A program made the translations under genes and the position numbers. The notes beneath the pieces were generated by a model that made no database searches, was not told the origin of the DNA, and was given only the letters and a program-made list of their open reading frames with translations. Shown here in pieces: positions 38,530 to 52,167 of a stretch of 64,000 nucleotides of DNA. The DNA is taken from assembly GCF_006345805.1 (NCBI RefSeq), contig NC_043006.1, positions 4,960,001 to 5,024,000 on the forward strand. Direction: 5' to 3'. The DNA comes from Octopus sinensis (taxonomy: Eukaryota). The stretch's first letter is position 1. Every line of letters starts with the position of its first letter.

Positions 38530-39116
38530 GTATGTATGTGTGTGTGTATTCAGAACGTTTTAGATCAGCATTTTTTTTTTCATGGCCGCAAATCTCTTTG
38601 AACTATGATCACAGGGTTCATAGTAAGCTGTACAACCTATCTCGAGTAACAATTTCACCTCACTACCATTCGCTGTCTTATTTTCTTTCTGACAACCTGC
38701 TGCATTTTCATATTGCTCACTTCCTTGGGTATCTTAGGAAGAAATTGTTTTTCCTGTGTCATTAGCATATCGAAATGTAACAGCGTAAAAAAAAAGTCAA
38801 GTCTGTAAAGTCAATGCAGCCGGTTCGTTGCAGTTCGAAATATATATTGCTCCCCAGATAGCATGCTAAATGAAATAGATTCTTTTCGATACTTATACTT
38901 AGCTCGGTAGAGTTACAGTTACTTTATCTGATTCCTATGTAAATAGCCCGAATTTTGTTGAAGCGATATTTCAACAGTCGCTTGCTGAAGTTCATATTTT
39001 AATAGACTAAACAGAAAAACGCTTATGTTCACCTTTACCAGAAGCCTGGGAATGAAGTCATTTCAAAGACATGTATATTGTAATGCTCATAAAATAGTTT
39101 TAGGTATCTATATACA

Positions 39117-39460
39117 GGGAGAGTTCACAAAAAAAACAACAAAAGACGAAGACAGGTGATGTACAAAACAAACAGATGTATTAGTATAACGCTCAGGAAT
39201 AGAAAAAGTCTTTTACGTTTCGAGCCTACGCTCTTCTACAGAAAGGGAGACAGAAAAAACAAGGAAGAAAGGAGACAAAAAACGGGTGTAGTGGCTAACG
39301 ATCTATCATGGCGACAGCCAGACAGAAGGGTCACACACGAGAGCGAAGAAGTAGGGGAGATAACAAAGTAAAGATGACCCCCCCACAAGACGAAGGTGCG
39401 TGTGTGTAATAAGAGAGTATGTATGTGCGTGTGAAAGAGATAGAAGCAAAACAAGAACAA
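39117..39460 (-). mobile_element. PLE-tail-like repeat with CTGTAGA variant hammerhead (39210-39245)
   Basis: CTTT-CTGTAGA-AGAGCgtagGCTC-GAAAC-GTA-AAAG. Confidence 0.65.
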
Positions 39461-39546
39461 ATGCCATTTTCAATTCATGAATGATTTCAATTGCTTAGTA
39501 AATGTCTCCCAAATTGGAACTGTCCATCCATTTCAGTGAAACTTTA

Positions 39547-39591
<45 letters not shown>

Positions 39592-39860
39592 AACGTTTTT
39601 AATCACACACACACAGCTATATTGATAAATCGGGTATAGCTGATCATGTATGAAAAAAATGGAGACCAGCTCCCTCTGTGGGATGAAGTTAAAATTATTG
39701 ACAGAGAACACCACTGGAAAATACGAAATCTAAAAGAAACAGCACATATGCTAGGACACAACAAATATGAATAATAAAAATAATACTAAACAACAACAAC
39801 AACAGCATCAGAAAAAAACCTTGGGAATGAAAACCCACGTTAGAAATTTCCCCAAGACAC

Positions 39861-39902
39861 CACCTGATGAAGGCTGGAAGGTATATCAGCCGAAACGTTG
39901 TG
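39861..39902 (+). ncRNA. Minimal type I hammerhead motif (PLE pLTR type)
   Basis: CAC-CTGATGA-a-GGCTG-10 nt-CAGCC-GAAAC-GTT-GTG. Confidence 0.7.
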
Positions 39903-40122
39903 TTAGCAACAAACAAGATGAGGACAAATATCCGTCAAATGTAAATAATGTCTATATATGCAAACATGCATACATATTTGCGTGTGTGTATGTGTGTGTG
40001 TGCGTCTGTGTGTGTGTGTGTGTGTGTGTGAGTATGCATGTATGTGTATATGTGTGTGTGTGTGTGTGTGTGATTAAAAACGTTTATACATACACACACA
40101 CACATATACACATACATGCATA

Positions 40123-40161
<39 letters not shown>

Positions 40162-40209
40162 GCACACACACACATACACACACGCAAATATGCATGCATG
40201 TTTGCATAT

Positions 40210-40960
40210 ATAGACATTATTTACATTTGACGGATATTTGTCCTCATCTTGTTTGTTACTAACACAACGTTTCGGCTGATATACCTTCCAGCCTTCATCA
40301 GGTGGTGTCTTGGGGAAATTTCTAACGTGGGTTTTCATTCCCAAGGTTTTTTTCTGATGCTGTTATTGTTGTTGTTTAGTATTATTTTTATTATTCATAT
40401 TTGTTGTGTCCTAGCATATGTGCTGTTTCTTTTAGATTTCGTATTTTCTAGTGGTGTTCTCTGTCAATAATTTTAACTTCATCCCACAGAGGGAGCTGGT
40501 CTCCATTTTTTTCATACATGATCAGCTATACCCGATTTATCAATATCTCCCCGTGACACAGCTTTGCGATGTTCCTCTACCCTTATTTTGAGGGGGCGGC
40601 ATGTTTCGCCTTTGTATAACCTACCACAGCTGCATGGGATGGATTACACAGAGTTCTTGGTCATATTTTATTCTATTGGTGGTTTTACTCGAAGGAGGTA
40701 CTTGAATACTGTCTTGATGTCATATGAGCCGCATATCTTTTGTATCTTTTCAGAGAGGCCTTTCACACAGGGTAGACAGGCTGTGGACAGTTCATTGGTT
40801 TCATCCTCTCTTTTCTTCATAATCGGAGTGGAGAGTATGCGTTTGGGGTAGTCATTGCTTAATAGATTTGTTACTGAGCTCGATCATTTCTTCGTGGTGG
40901 GTATCACGATCGCTACTTATATTCATTGCTCGATGTTTTAGGCAGTTATCAATCCCTCTC
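40210..40960 (-). mobile_element. Penelope-like element 3' end (GIY-YIG endonuclease remnant + tail)
   Basis: CLPCVKGLSEKIQKIC..SIPCSCGRLYKGETCRPLKIRVEEHRKAV..KSGIADHV..WDEVKIIDREHH*KIRNLKETAHM. Confidence 0.9.
40263..40304 (-). ncRNA. Minimal type I hammerhead motif (inverted copy of 39861)
   Basis: Exact reverse complement of 39861-39902. Confidence 0.7.
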
Positions 40961-42215
40961 TCTACACTGTGTGGAAGGTGGGAGTTGAAACTGAGGTATC
41001 GTCCAGTGAAGGTCAACAGTAATTAATATTAGTAGCTGTCCCCTCTCTACTACTTCCATATTCTTCGATCTTAGACTAGTGACCGCTTTCTAACTCGCTT
41101 TAAGAATATTCTAGAAGTAGTTTTTCTTACAGACTACGAATTAGATATGTTTTTCCTCTTCCTTTTAATCTGTGTTTGGTATTGTCACAGTATTGTAAAT
41201 AGGCTGTTGTGATGAAATACTTCAGCTTCGTTCTAAATAAATAACGGTATTCTTTATTTACGAAATCACCTCCAAAACACATACTTTTTCTCTATGAAAT
41301 TTCTAATGTTTTAGTATATTTGCCAATAACTCTTTTTATATGTAAATCTGTATATATGCTGAAGCAGTACACAACGAAACACATCACACTTATAATATAA
41401 CATTTCTCCCCTATTTTGTTTATAAATATTTATATGTACTCATACGCTAAAGGAGGAAACGATCGTGTACGTGAAGACAGACATACAGAGAGATAAACAC
41501 ATAAAACACCACATTTAAACACACACAGACACGCATATATGCATAGACTTTCATACTCTCACACCAAAATATACTATCTACATACGCAAGCATAAATACA
41601 CAGAAACAACTGCACATGCGCAGACGCATACACACACGTAGCTCGTATTCGTCGTCAGCTACCGATATTAATTACTGTTGACATTTCATCCATCAGAATG
41701 CGTTACTAACTGCGCCCCTTTCTGAATCACATGTCCTGGAAGGTCTGTCTGATTAGGGTATATTTCCTGTAAGCCTTTTCTCTATCTTGCTCGTTAGATT
41801 AACGAGATTAACCGACCATGAACTGGGGACTTCGAGTAGTATTCTGAGATGTAATGTCTCTGTACAACGCCTGTATTATGGCGAGTCTGTAGACTGCGTC
41901 GGGAATACGATTATATTAAGGATGGATAAAAATTGCGTGTGTGTGTGTGTGTGTGTGTGTGCATATATTTTATGAGGATATCAGCTGAACTGCTATATAT
42001 GCATATGTTGATATCTGAAAACGAAGAAGTGCACATGTGACAGTTTTCAGAAAGTTTCAAACTGTTCGAAGATAGAAAAGTTAGCCAGTAAAGGCGTATC
42101 AATACGTATGATACATTAACTAACTACAAACCTACCCAATTATATATGCATACATGCACATAGGTCTCTATATCTATATCTATATCTATCTATCTATCTA
42201 TATATCTATCTATCA

Positions 42216-42282
<67 letters not shown>

Positions 42283-42344
42283 ATCTATCTACCTATCTAT
42301 CTCTATCTATCTATCTATCTATCTATCATATCTATATCTATCTA

Positions 42345-42411
<67 letters not shown>

Positions 42412-43269
42412 GTATATATATGTATATAAAAAAAAATATATATATATAAACGTGTTTGTGTATGATGGAGAGAAGAAAAGAGAGAGAGAGAGGGGGATTA
42501 TTTTCTTAGGTGGTGTATGTAATCTGTCTCCCAATTTAGCACCATCACCTGGCTATTTTGTACCTTTACTGGATAACTTCCGATCATCCTTCCAGCAGTT
42601 TCAGAGTCTCTGAAAATTGTCACGTGTGCTGTTCTTCCTTCTCTGTGCATAAGACGTGAACCGTCCCCCTCCCCCAAGCTCCCCACAAAAGTAAAATCTT
42701 AGAGAAATTGAGGGCGGAAACAGTAATTCTATGTCCAAGGAATTCTAATATCAACATCAGAATATGTATTTGCTCGTCGCATATATTCTTGTAATATCAC
42801 ATTATATAGCACTCACTGGACGGTCACTCCGGAAATAACTATTAAATGTTTTTTTGATGTGTGGTAATTTGTTAAGGTTTGACATTGTGACGATGTTTGG
42901 AACATGTTACCAGACATTGTCACTGTGTCTGTATTCTCTGTTGATCGAGACACTGCTGAAATGAATTGATATTTCGGTCACAGTAAGTCAGGCCCAGTAT
43001 TCCCCAGCCAATTATTTTGTAGACCATAAATCAATGGAGTTGTCTCGGCTATCGTCATAATGGTTGTGATCACCTATCATATCAGACGCATGCGCTCGAA
43101 GTTTTCTGTTTTTATACTTTCTCCCCCCCCCCCCGCCTCCTTTCTCTCTGTTATTTCAAGTAAGTGAAGTGATCTAGATTATTGCCGGATTGTCATCTGA
43201 AAAACATGTCGATTTTTAGTTATTTGCGTGATGTTACGTAAATGTTCTCTCTGTTTTGAGTTTTACTGT

Positions 43270-43578
43270 TGTCTATATTGACTGACCTTGTTATTGCTGC
43301 TGTTGCTGTTGAGCGAACGGTCTTCGTCCCAGAGCTCGCAAGATTGCTATTCGGAAGACCCGAAGATGGATGGATGAATGCGCATCCAGGCTCAGCGGTT
43401 GCGTAGGAAGTCGGGGACAAGAAACAGGAAGAAAGAGTGAGAGAAAGTTGGGGCGAAAGAGTACAACAGGGGTCGCCACCATCCCCTGCCGGAGCCTCGT
43501 GCAGCTTTAGGTGTTTTCGCTCAATAAACACACACAACGCCCGGTCTGGGAATCGAAACCGCGATCTTCCGACCGCAA
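43270..43578 (-). mobile_element. SINE family A head/body with an alternative 3' tail ending in (CAG/CAA)n
   Basis: 43405-43578 matches family A; 43270-43405 is unrelated to the usual A tail. Confidence 0.75.
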
Positions 43579-44135
43579 TGTTATTGCTGCTCTTGTAAAA
43601 CTCTGACAATGTTTGTTTTTCTATCAACAACAAGTAAAAACCGAAGTAGAGGTCAGCGTTGGTGGATACCAATAAGAAATTTAACCAGTAACGGAGCCTC
43701 TCTTACCGCTAGAAATAGATGTCATGTCTCCCTATAACGTCTTAAAACGGAAAGACATATTGGACAATGTAGTTCATGATAGACTATACCTACAAACAGA
43801 TGGGATGGCCACAGCTGGAACATTTTTCATCATATATGTGCTCGATCAAGGTTGACCTAGGCTAACAAACAATAACAAAATCTACTTAGAACATTAAAAG
43901 TGATTGTCGTTTTATCCCAGAACAACTTTGATCGAGCAAAGACGATTCATACCCAACTATTCCGTATTTTAATATACCAGGTACGACTGCCGTGCGCTAT
44001 GTGTCCATCCCTTTCTACAATGTGGGATTGAAGTGAGAAAAATTCCGCTGTTATTTCATGCAAGTTGTGCGACCACGTAAAGACTACTACGTTGAGTAGT
44101 TAAAAGTTATTAGTGATACTGGTGTTTGTTTATAT

Positions 44136-44500
44136 ATTTCTTTATTACCCACAAGGGGCTAAACATAGAGGGGACAAACAAGGACAGACATAACTGGTAC
44201 TTAATTTATCGACCCCGAAAGGATGAAAAGCAAAGTCGACCTCGGCGGAATTTCAACTCAGAACGTAACGACAGAAAAAATGCCTATTTCTTTATTACCC
44301 ACGAGGGGCTAAACATAGAGGGGATAAACAAGGACAGACACAGGTATTAAGTCGATTACATCGACCCCAGTGCGTAACTGGTACTTAATTTATCGACCCC
44401 GAAAGGATGAAAAGCAAAGTCGACCTCGGCGGAATTTGAACTCACAACGTAACGACAGACGAAATACGGCTCCGCATTTCGCCCGGCGCGCTAATGTTTC
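44136..44500 (-). mobile_element. SINE family C tandem dimer
   Basis: Junction GAAATA|GGCATTT near 44282-44292. Confidence 0.8.
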
Positions 44501-45892
44501 GGTCGGAATTCAGACTGTTTAAAATTATCGTGTGTATAATCATACGAAATATTCTATACTGTTGCTCAGTGTGCTGTACAGATATAGGATGTCGGACAGA
44601 CCATCTGAAATCGATTTCTGAATTAGTGTTGATTTCTGAATGATATTTCTGTAAGACTGTATATAGAAAGTCGATCTACTATTTTCTGCACTTACTTTTA
44701 TAGCCGAGAGAGTTTTCTTACGTCACAAATCGGCCCAGAATTTTGTTACAGAGGAATCGCACATCAAACTATGCTTAATTAGTTTAGGAACATATTTTCA
44801 TTTACAATGTTTTCAGATATTCGCATGGAAAGAATTTAAAACACTCTTACAAAATTTTAATTTCTAGTGAAGGTGTATATATGATAAAGTGAATAGGAGG
44901 AGCAGGTGGCATATTTATTTTTAATTAATTGTTACTAACTCTTAGATTATTTGAAGCAATTCACAATTGTTAGAAACGAAGAATGTAAAAATGTAAACAA
45001 ACCCCAAAACATATACAAATAACAACAATAAAAAAAATCACGAGATCACTTAGTCCAGACATGAAAGTTCTTTGGAATCTTGCTCTATCACTTCTTTCTG
45101 ACCCCTAGCAACCTTTGACCCTTATTTGGCAGTAATTGAACTCTACTTAACATCACCGACTATAGCTGATCAGCGAAGCCTTTTCATCATATAACGACAG
45201 AATTTAGTTTGAAATGGCGGTCAAAGATAAACAGACAAGCTATAAAGAACGAAGAAGAACGGATGTGGTGCTGTACTGAATTTGCTTCCTTCCTACGCTG
45301 AATGGCAGCTGTGGGCGGAAATGGATCGGGTGGGGGTTACTGCTTAGACAACAGGCTTCTCGGCTTCCAGTCATTAAGAGCTTCTTCCTGCTGTCTAGTG
45401 CTATGAGTATTTACTTTTTAATAGATTGGCAATGATGGATTATTGATCCATACAACAGTGTCAATATGAATATGACGTTAACTAATTATATGACCTTTGT
45501 GATAACGATAATTGCTTGTGATAGTGGAAACGACAGAAACATTAAAACTGCGTTCAAATTTGAAACGCTCATCATAACATATCGGTCTCTCCGGCCTCGG
45601 AGATCTTGTGACGGCAATGGTGTTCTTTCTTCGAGACAATGTCATTAAAAGGGGACAAACAACCAAAAAAGAAAAACAAACAAATTATATCGATCTTTGC
45701 TCAATGAATGGTTTTAAAATCTCATCTAAGTATAACTTTCTGAGGTGATGTGGTATTAACAATTCGTCAATTCAGCAGAATTCATATTATTCACAAATAA
45801 ATCACGTAAAGTAAGCTGTGACCGAATAAGTCATGCATGCTAAATTGGAGACAAAATGTATTGATTAAAAGCTGCCAATCAGAGAAGATACT

Positions 45893-46124
45893 TATTTCTG
45901 TACTACCCACAAGGGGCTAAACACTGAGGAGACAAACAAGGACAGACAAACGGATTAAGTCGATTACATCGACCCCAGTGCGTAACTGGTACTTAATTTA
46001 TCGACCCCGAAGGGATGAAAGGTAAAGCCGACCTCGGCGGAATTTGAACTCAGAACATTGCGACAGACGAAATACCGCTAAGCATTTCGCCCGGCGTGCT
46101 AACGTTTCTGCCAGTTCGCCGCCT
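45893..46124 (-). mobile_element. SINE family C, full length, 11-bp TSD
   Basis: GAGAAGATACT at 45882-45892 and 46125-46135. Confidence 0.9.
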
Positions 46125-46192
46125 GAGAAGATACTGCTTTAAGCACAGCGATAATCTGATTAACTGATTATAGTAAGTATGTTTAGCTCTTA

Positions 46193-46425
46193 CGAGGGGG
46201 TGCTGAAAAGTTCCTGTGGGTAATAAAGAAATGGGTATCATTTGTAATGGGTAAAAGAAAATACAGGAGGATAATTCTATTCAAAATATTTCCCTCTCAA
46301 ATTCACACTCTTATTGCAGCAGTCCTTCAGTTTTCCTAAGCCCTGTAAAAGAAGTCAGAAGGTTGTGCTTCCAACAAGTCCTTTCGCGACACCCTTAAAG
46401 TCAGGAACTCTTCAGTACCCTCTCA
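46193..46425 (-). mobile_element. mariner-derived MITE
   Basis: TIR CGAGGGGGTGCTGAAAAGTTCCTG, TA flanks; opposite-orientation paralog at 47843. Confidence 0.8.
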
Positions 46426-47369
46426 TATATACGTTTAACAATTACTCGAGGATTTAAATGATACGTATTGAAGTATTCTCGGCATTGAACTGGAGTCTGT
46501 GTATAATGAAAGTATTAATAAGATCAAGTGATGTGTGGTTAGAAGTAACAATTCAAAACCGCAAAACAATCTTGGAAAATAATTAATTAAAAAAGCTGCC
46601 AACTGGAGGGTTTAAATACTATGGAGTAAAAACTACTACCTTATTAATTAGAGTAGAAGGCATTGTGTTGGCCAAGGCAAATCCTAGCAAATTCGTTGGC
46701 AATTGGTCTTTTATTTATCTGAGGATCGATAATGAAACACTGGGTCGATTAAGTTCGATATGCTTGCGATTCGAAATATGTGCCTTCGTCTGTGTGAGTG
46801 TGTGCAGGTGTATGCGACTGTGTTTCTGTATGTGTGTGAAATCAATATCAACTTGAGGAAATCTGTAGTTTTGCGTAAATATTTGGGAAAATCTCAACGC
46901 AATAAGACATTAGAAAAGTAATAGGCCAACAGATTTAGGAATCCAGTAAAAGGCTTTAGTTCAGGTGTGCTTTTCGAACGGCGTAAACCGAAGTGGTTGC
47001 GCAAGACTGGCAGCTGTGTTTGGCCAGCCATTAGGCTAATGTCAACAAAATATATTCACTCGGATCAATTAAGCATTAATGTTATTTTTTCTCCAGCAGC
47101 AACAAGATACAATTACAAAATAAATAAACACGGGTCTATCAGCTGTCTTTTAACTCTTCTTGTAAACGTCAACGCGCCAAGTAATGAGTTGCGCAGGAAG
47201 TTTTACTACTCTAAAAAGGGCTCCCAACAAGCAGCACCAAGTGTATGCCGTTAGATACATTGTCTTCGGATAAACTTTTAGATATTACGATGGTGCAAAT
47301 AATCGAAGAACTAGTAGCGTGAGGAGAAGAGATTAAACAATGATGGTATGAACTATTACAAGTGATACT

Positions 47370-47570
47370 ATTTCTTTTACTACCCACAAGGACAAACTGA
47401 TTAAGTCGATTATATCGACTCCAGTGCGTAACTGGTCCTTTTTTAATCGACCCCGAAAGGATGAAAGGCAAAGTCGACCTCGGCGGAATTTGAACTCAGA
47501 ATGTAACCGCAGACGAAATACTGCTAAGCATTTCGCCCGGTGTGCTAACGATTCTACCAACTCGCCGCCT
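47370..47570 (-). mobile_element. SINE family C, 15-bp TSD
   Basis: ATTACAAGTGATACT at 47355-47369 and 47571-47585. Confidence 0.9.
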
Positions 47571-47842
47571 ATTACAAGTGATACTGTTGATGCAAACACG
47601 CTGATGCGTGTGTGTGTGTGTGAATGCGCATGCGCGTATGTGAGTAGGATACAATCTTGCATTTGTGAATATTTGGCTAACCAAGAGAAAGGACGTTAAC
47701 CAATTCGATGTTGACCCTTTTGGATTTAAGGCATTCTGTTTATCTATTTGGCTAGTATTAAAAGCAAATATAACATAATTCTTAAAATAAAGGAATCAAA
47801 GAATAGTATATAACACGCGGATTTGTTTTTTAACCACGTATA

Positions 47843-48068
47843 CAAGGGGCTGCTGAGAAGTTCCTGTCTTTTAGGGTATCGCAAAAGGCCTGGCAGGAGG
47901 CCCAGCCTTCCGACTTTTTTTTTATAGGGCTTAGAAAAACTGAAGGACCGCTGCAATAAGTGTGTGAATCTGAGAGGGGAATATGTTGAATAAAATAATA
48001 ATTAACTGATCCTCCTGTATTTTATTTTACCCAAAGGCAGGAATTTTTCCGCACTCCCCCACCCCTCG
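47843..48068 (+). mobile_element. mariner-derived MITE (second copy)
   Basis: Interior is the reverse complement of the 46193 copy. Confidence 0.75.
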
Positions 48069-48318
48069 AACAACCTGCTTCGTATTAGAGGTGTTAGCAT
48101 AAAGGTAAGGTTACTGTGTTAGTGCAGAAATCATTAAACACAGAACTGGGCACACAGAACTGGACACACACGTATTTGCCATTAATGTTATAGTTTTAAA
48201 AGGAAGACAAGTGGTTGATAGGATTATGAAGAAGATTTTAGGTTGTGGTTAGTTGGTAGTAAGATTCTGTAATATTGTGATTTATCAGAAATGACCATGA
48301 ACTGACTGGTTGTACATA

Positions 48319-49152
48319 CAATGTGGTATCAAAAAGTTACCGGACTAGTTCTGTAGCGCTCCAGCAGATGGCAGTACACGGAAGCGTGCGCAGAGAGAGC
48401 TAGCAGCGAACTTCATGAGACTGTGTATCGAGTGACATCGGTTTGCTTACTTCGCAAGTCGTGAAATTTGTGTTTTTGTGATCACGTGTTTGCTGTCGTC
48501 CGCGATTTTGTCATGGACAGGAACGAAGAGCCAACGTGAAAATTTGCGTTAAACTTGGGAACTGTGCTACAGAGATATTGAGCATGCTTCGGCAAGCTTA
48601 CCGTTACGAAGCAATGTTTCTAGTAGTAGGGGCGCCCCAAAATCAGAAGAATGTCCCTGGAATAAGGTGAATGATCTGGAACACCAGGCACGAGTGTCAC
48701 TATGAAGCGTTTGTGGGAGGACATTCTGCGAAAGCGACCGGATCTGTGGACAGAGAAGAAATTGATTCCTCACGACCACTATGCACCTTGTCACCGAGCT
48801 CTCCTCACTTGTGAGTTACTTACCAAAAACAACATGATATCGCTTCCTCACTCGCCCTATTCGCCAGATTTAGAACCCACGGACTTCCATCTCTTCCCCT
48901 AGATGAAAATGCAGCTCAAGGCTCGCCGTTTTAACACCGTTGTCGGGTTCCAGAGCGAATCGCTGAAAGTCCTCAACCTGCTTACGGAAAACGACTTCCA
49001 GACTGGTTTCCAAAAGTGGCATGAACGCTGTGACCGGTGTATTGCATCGCAAGGTGACTATTTCGAAGGAGATGATGTTAACAATTAGGTAAATGAGTTA
49101 TCCTTTTTTTTTATTAAACATAACAAGTTCGAGGGCCTTTGATACCACTTCG
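48319..49152 (+). mobile_element. mariner-type transposon, internally deleted
   Basis: TIR core GTGGTATCAAA at both ends with TA; PHSPYSPDLEPTDFHLFP..KWHERCDRCIASQGDYFEGD. Confidence 0.85.
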
Positions 49153-49238
49153 TATGTCTTGTTTGTGTATACGGTCATGTAATTTGAAAGGGCCTTTGAA
49201 AACTGGTCAGAGTAGCAGCAGAGTTACTATCAAATATA

Positions 49239-49323
<85 letters not shown>

Positions 49324-49349
49324 TGTAAGCACACACACACACACACACA

Positions 49350-50230
49350 TTAATATCCAAAAGTTCAAGATCATCGGAACATATTTTGAAAAAACGTACA
49401 AAATGGAAACAACTGAGAAATTCTGGTGAAACATTTTATTCATGTATAGTTACATTCATGGAATGACATAATTAGCTCAGCAACTAAAAGAAAACTAGGA
49501 AAAATCAGAGAAAAACTCTAAATGTTAGATTCATCGAAATGTCCACCCTTGGCTTTTTTCGCTGCTGAGCACACATTGGACATTTTTTCAACTAATGAAA
49601 GCGAATATTCGCTAGTAACATTTTGTAACTCCACTTGTAAGAGTGTCCATAGGGTTTCTGCATTTCTTGGTTTTCGCTTTTTGATTCTAAGATCCAATTC
49701 ATTCAATACAATTTCGATGGGATTGCAATCGAGGGATTGGGCTGGCCATTCCATAACACTCAGGTTTTTTTTCATCCATTGTCTTCTGTAAATAGTTTTG
49801 CATAACTTAGAAGTATGTTTAGGATCGTCATCTTGCGTCAGCATGAAATTATTATCGATCAGTCTCGTCCCAAACGGAATGGCATGACGCTGGAGGATAG
49901 AGTGATACTTTTTTGGGTTGAATATTCCTGTTACTTGATGAATATCACCAACACTATTGCCTGCAAAACTCCCCAGATCATCATACTTCCCCCACCATGC
50001 TTTACAGTTGGAACTACACACTCAGGAGTCATCCGTTCACCAATTCTTCACTTCACATAAACTCTACGGTGGGATCTGATGATTTCAAACTTCGATTCAT
50101 CAGCACAGAGGATTCGTTTCCATTGATCAACGGTCCAGGTTTGGGTATTATGGCCCATATGAGTCACATTTATTTACAAGTCAAAGCAGTCGCTTTCTGA
50201 CAGCGCGCGGCTATTCAAACCGGCAGCAGT
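49350..50230 (-). mobile_element. Tc1-type (DD34E) transposase remnant
   Basis: GSFAGNSVG..YHSILQRHAIP..QDDDPKHTSKLCK..WPAQSLDCNPIE..KAKGGHF. Confidence 0.85.
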
Positions 50231-50277
50231 GAGTCTTCTCACGGTTGTAGAAGATACCTTAGCTTCACCATATATAT

Positions 50278-50435
50278 GAGTGGGTGTATGGTAAGAAGCT
50301 TGCTTCTCAACCTCATGGTTCCGGGTTCAGTCCCGCTGTGTGACACCTTGGTCAAGTGTCTTCTACAATATCTTCGGGCCAACCAAACTCTTTTGAGTGG
50401 ATTTGGAAGACGGAGATTGAAAGAAGCCCGCCGTT
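50278..50435 (+). mobile_element. SINE family B, 5' half
   Basis: Ends at the internal microsatellite position. Confidence 0.75.
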
Positions 50436-50442
50436 TATATAT

Positions 50443-50783
50443 AAAGGGTAAAGACCCCCTTCGGTCATGAATGACCATGGGATTGCACCTAGAAAGTTAC
50501 CCTCCTAGACACAAGTCCGGGCAAGGTTGTTTATGGAAGACCAGCAGTCGCCCATGCATACCAGCCTCCCCTCTCCACGCCACCAGTGTTATCCAAGGGA
50601 AAGACAGAGGTCGATACAGCTTGGCACCAGTGACGTCGCAACTCATTTCTACAGCTGAGTGAACTGGAGCAACGTGAAATAGAGTGCCTTGCTCAAGAAC
50701 ACAACACGCAGCCCGGTCCGGGATTCGAGCTCACAACCTCACGATCGTAAGCTCGACGCTCTAACCACTGAGCCATGCGCGCC
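50443..50783 (-). mobile_element. tRNA-derived CORE-type SINE
   Basis: A-box TGGCTCAGTGG, B-box GAGCTCGAATCC, CORE-like GTGTTCTTGAGCAAGGCACT. Confidence 0.8.
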
Positions 50784-50785
50784 AT

Positions 50786-50819
<34 letters not shown>

Positions 50820-50853
50820 CCTATTATATATAGATATACATTATATATATATC

Positions 50854-50886
<33 letters not shown>

Positions 50887-50903
50887 TATATTATATATAT
50901 ATA

Positions 50904-50935
<32 letters not shown>

Positions 50936-51579
50936 CAAAATAAGCAACAAGGATATCCAAGTTAGTGTAGTACAATCGTTTAATTCTACTTCATTTTATT
51001 AAACACTGTAAGTATTACATCAGTCTTAAAATGTAGAGCAATCTTCAGCCACATATAGAATTTTATTTAATTAAATAGACAATAAGGCACCCCATTTGAT
51101 TTATATGGATAATACCATATCAAATTCTGGTGCCTTTAACTTAAGTACCATATTCATCTGAATCTAAATTTTGCTGAACTTACATATATATATATATATA
51201 TGAATTTGTGTGTATGTGTTTATGTGTGTATGTATGCGTATACATACATACACAGAGAGAGAGAGACACACACACACAAGCACACACATTAAAAATGCTA
51301 AGATATTAAAACTTAAAATATGTATCCACAATTTATTAGTAACTTCATATAGTAACAATTGAGTGAAACATGTTACAATATCAATGAAAATGTTATTACT
51401 ACAGCAACCAGTGAATTCTTGTAGCGTCCAGCTTTCAAATTCGAAAAGCATTGCAAGCATTTAAGAACATCACTATGTAACGCCCTAAGCTTAATGCCAT
51501 CATTAACGAGTGGGAGTAATGTTGCAACATTCATGAAGGAAGACAAATTAAATAATATTGACATGAAGCTTGATAATAT

Positions 51580-52140
51580 TAATTTCCATTTAACTTTGGT
51601 TTATATTTTTTCCATAAAACCTTTCCCTTTAATGGACCTTGTAATTCCACACTCTGTGCACATTTTAAAAAATAAGAAATATTTTAAAATTCCCTTCTCT
51701 GTAGTTATCCAGATCTTCGCTAAATGGAGTCCTTCTGTATTGCGGTTGCCTTATGTTTTGACCGTGAACCCGCACCCTCTCAATAAATGCGCTTCCGTTT
51801 TCTCTAATGTAAATATTTTTGCAGTTGTTGCATTCAGCAGTTTTTGTAAGATTCTTGCTGCTACATGTCATAGCGTGGTGCTGGATTTCGTCTGTCGTTC
51901 ACCACTAGTACGAATATATTGACTGTTATTGCATAAATCTACTCAATCTTTTTCTACTCTCATTCTGGTAAAATTTTGCCCAGGTCAAGAACCGTTTTAA
52001 ATTTTTCATCTGTTTTTTTTTTTTAATTTTGAACTATGGTTATTTTCTTATTGATTAATCGTAGTTGATGAGTCTGCAAAGAGTGGTATATTTTCTCTAT
52101 CTATGGGTTACAGGTTATGAGTTATAACAAAGAGAATTTT
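51580..52140 (-). mobile_element. Penelope-like element linker/GIY-YIG remnant
   Basis: KNLKRFLTWAKF..TCSSKNL..CNNCKNIYIRENG..RVRVHGQNIRQPQYR. Confidence 0.7.
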
Positions 52141-52167
52141 ATTATTTCTGGATATTTCCATTTCTCA

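Larger units (their letters stand above)
39585..40546. repeat. ~470-bp-arm inverted duplication of a PLE 3' end plus flanking microsatellite DNA
   Basis: 39619-40065 is the reverse complement of about 40090-40546 with about 4 substitutions outside the microsatellite; the spacer is also copied inverted at 39585-39612. Confidence 0.9.

Noticed and set aside
45210-45400. GC-richer island with ATGGCG (possible gene start or promoter); similar unique islands near 46960-47250
   Set aside because: ORF only about 21 codons and no supporting promoter or splice evidence
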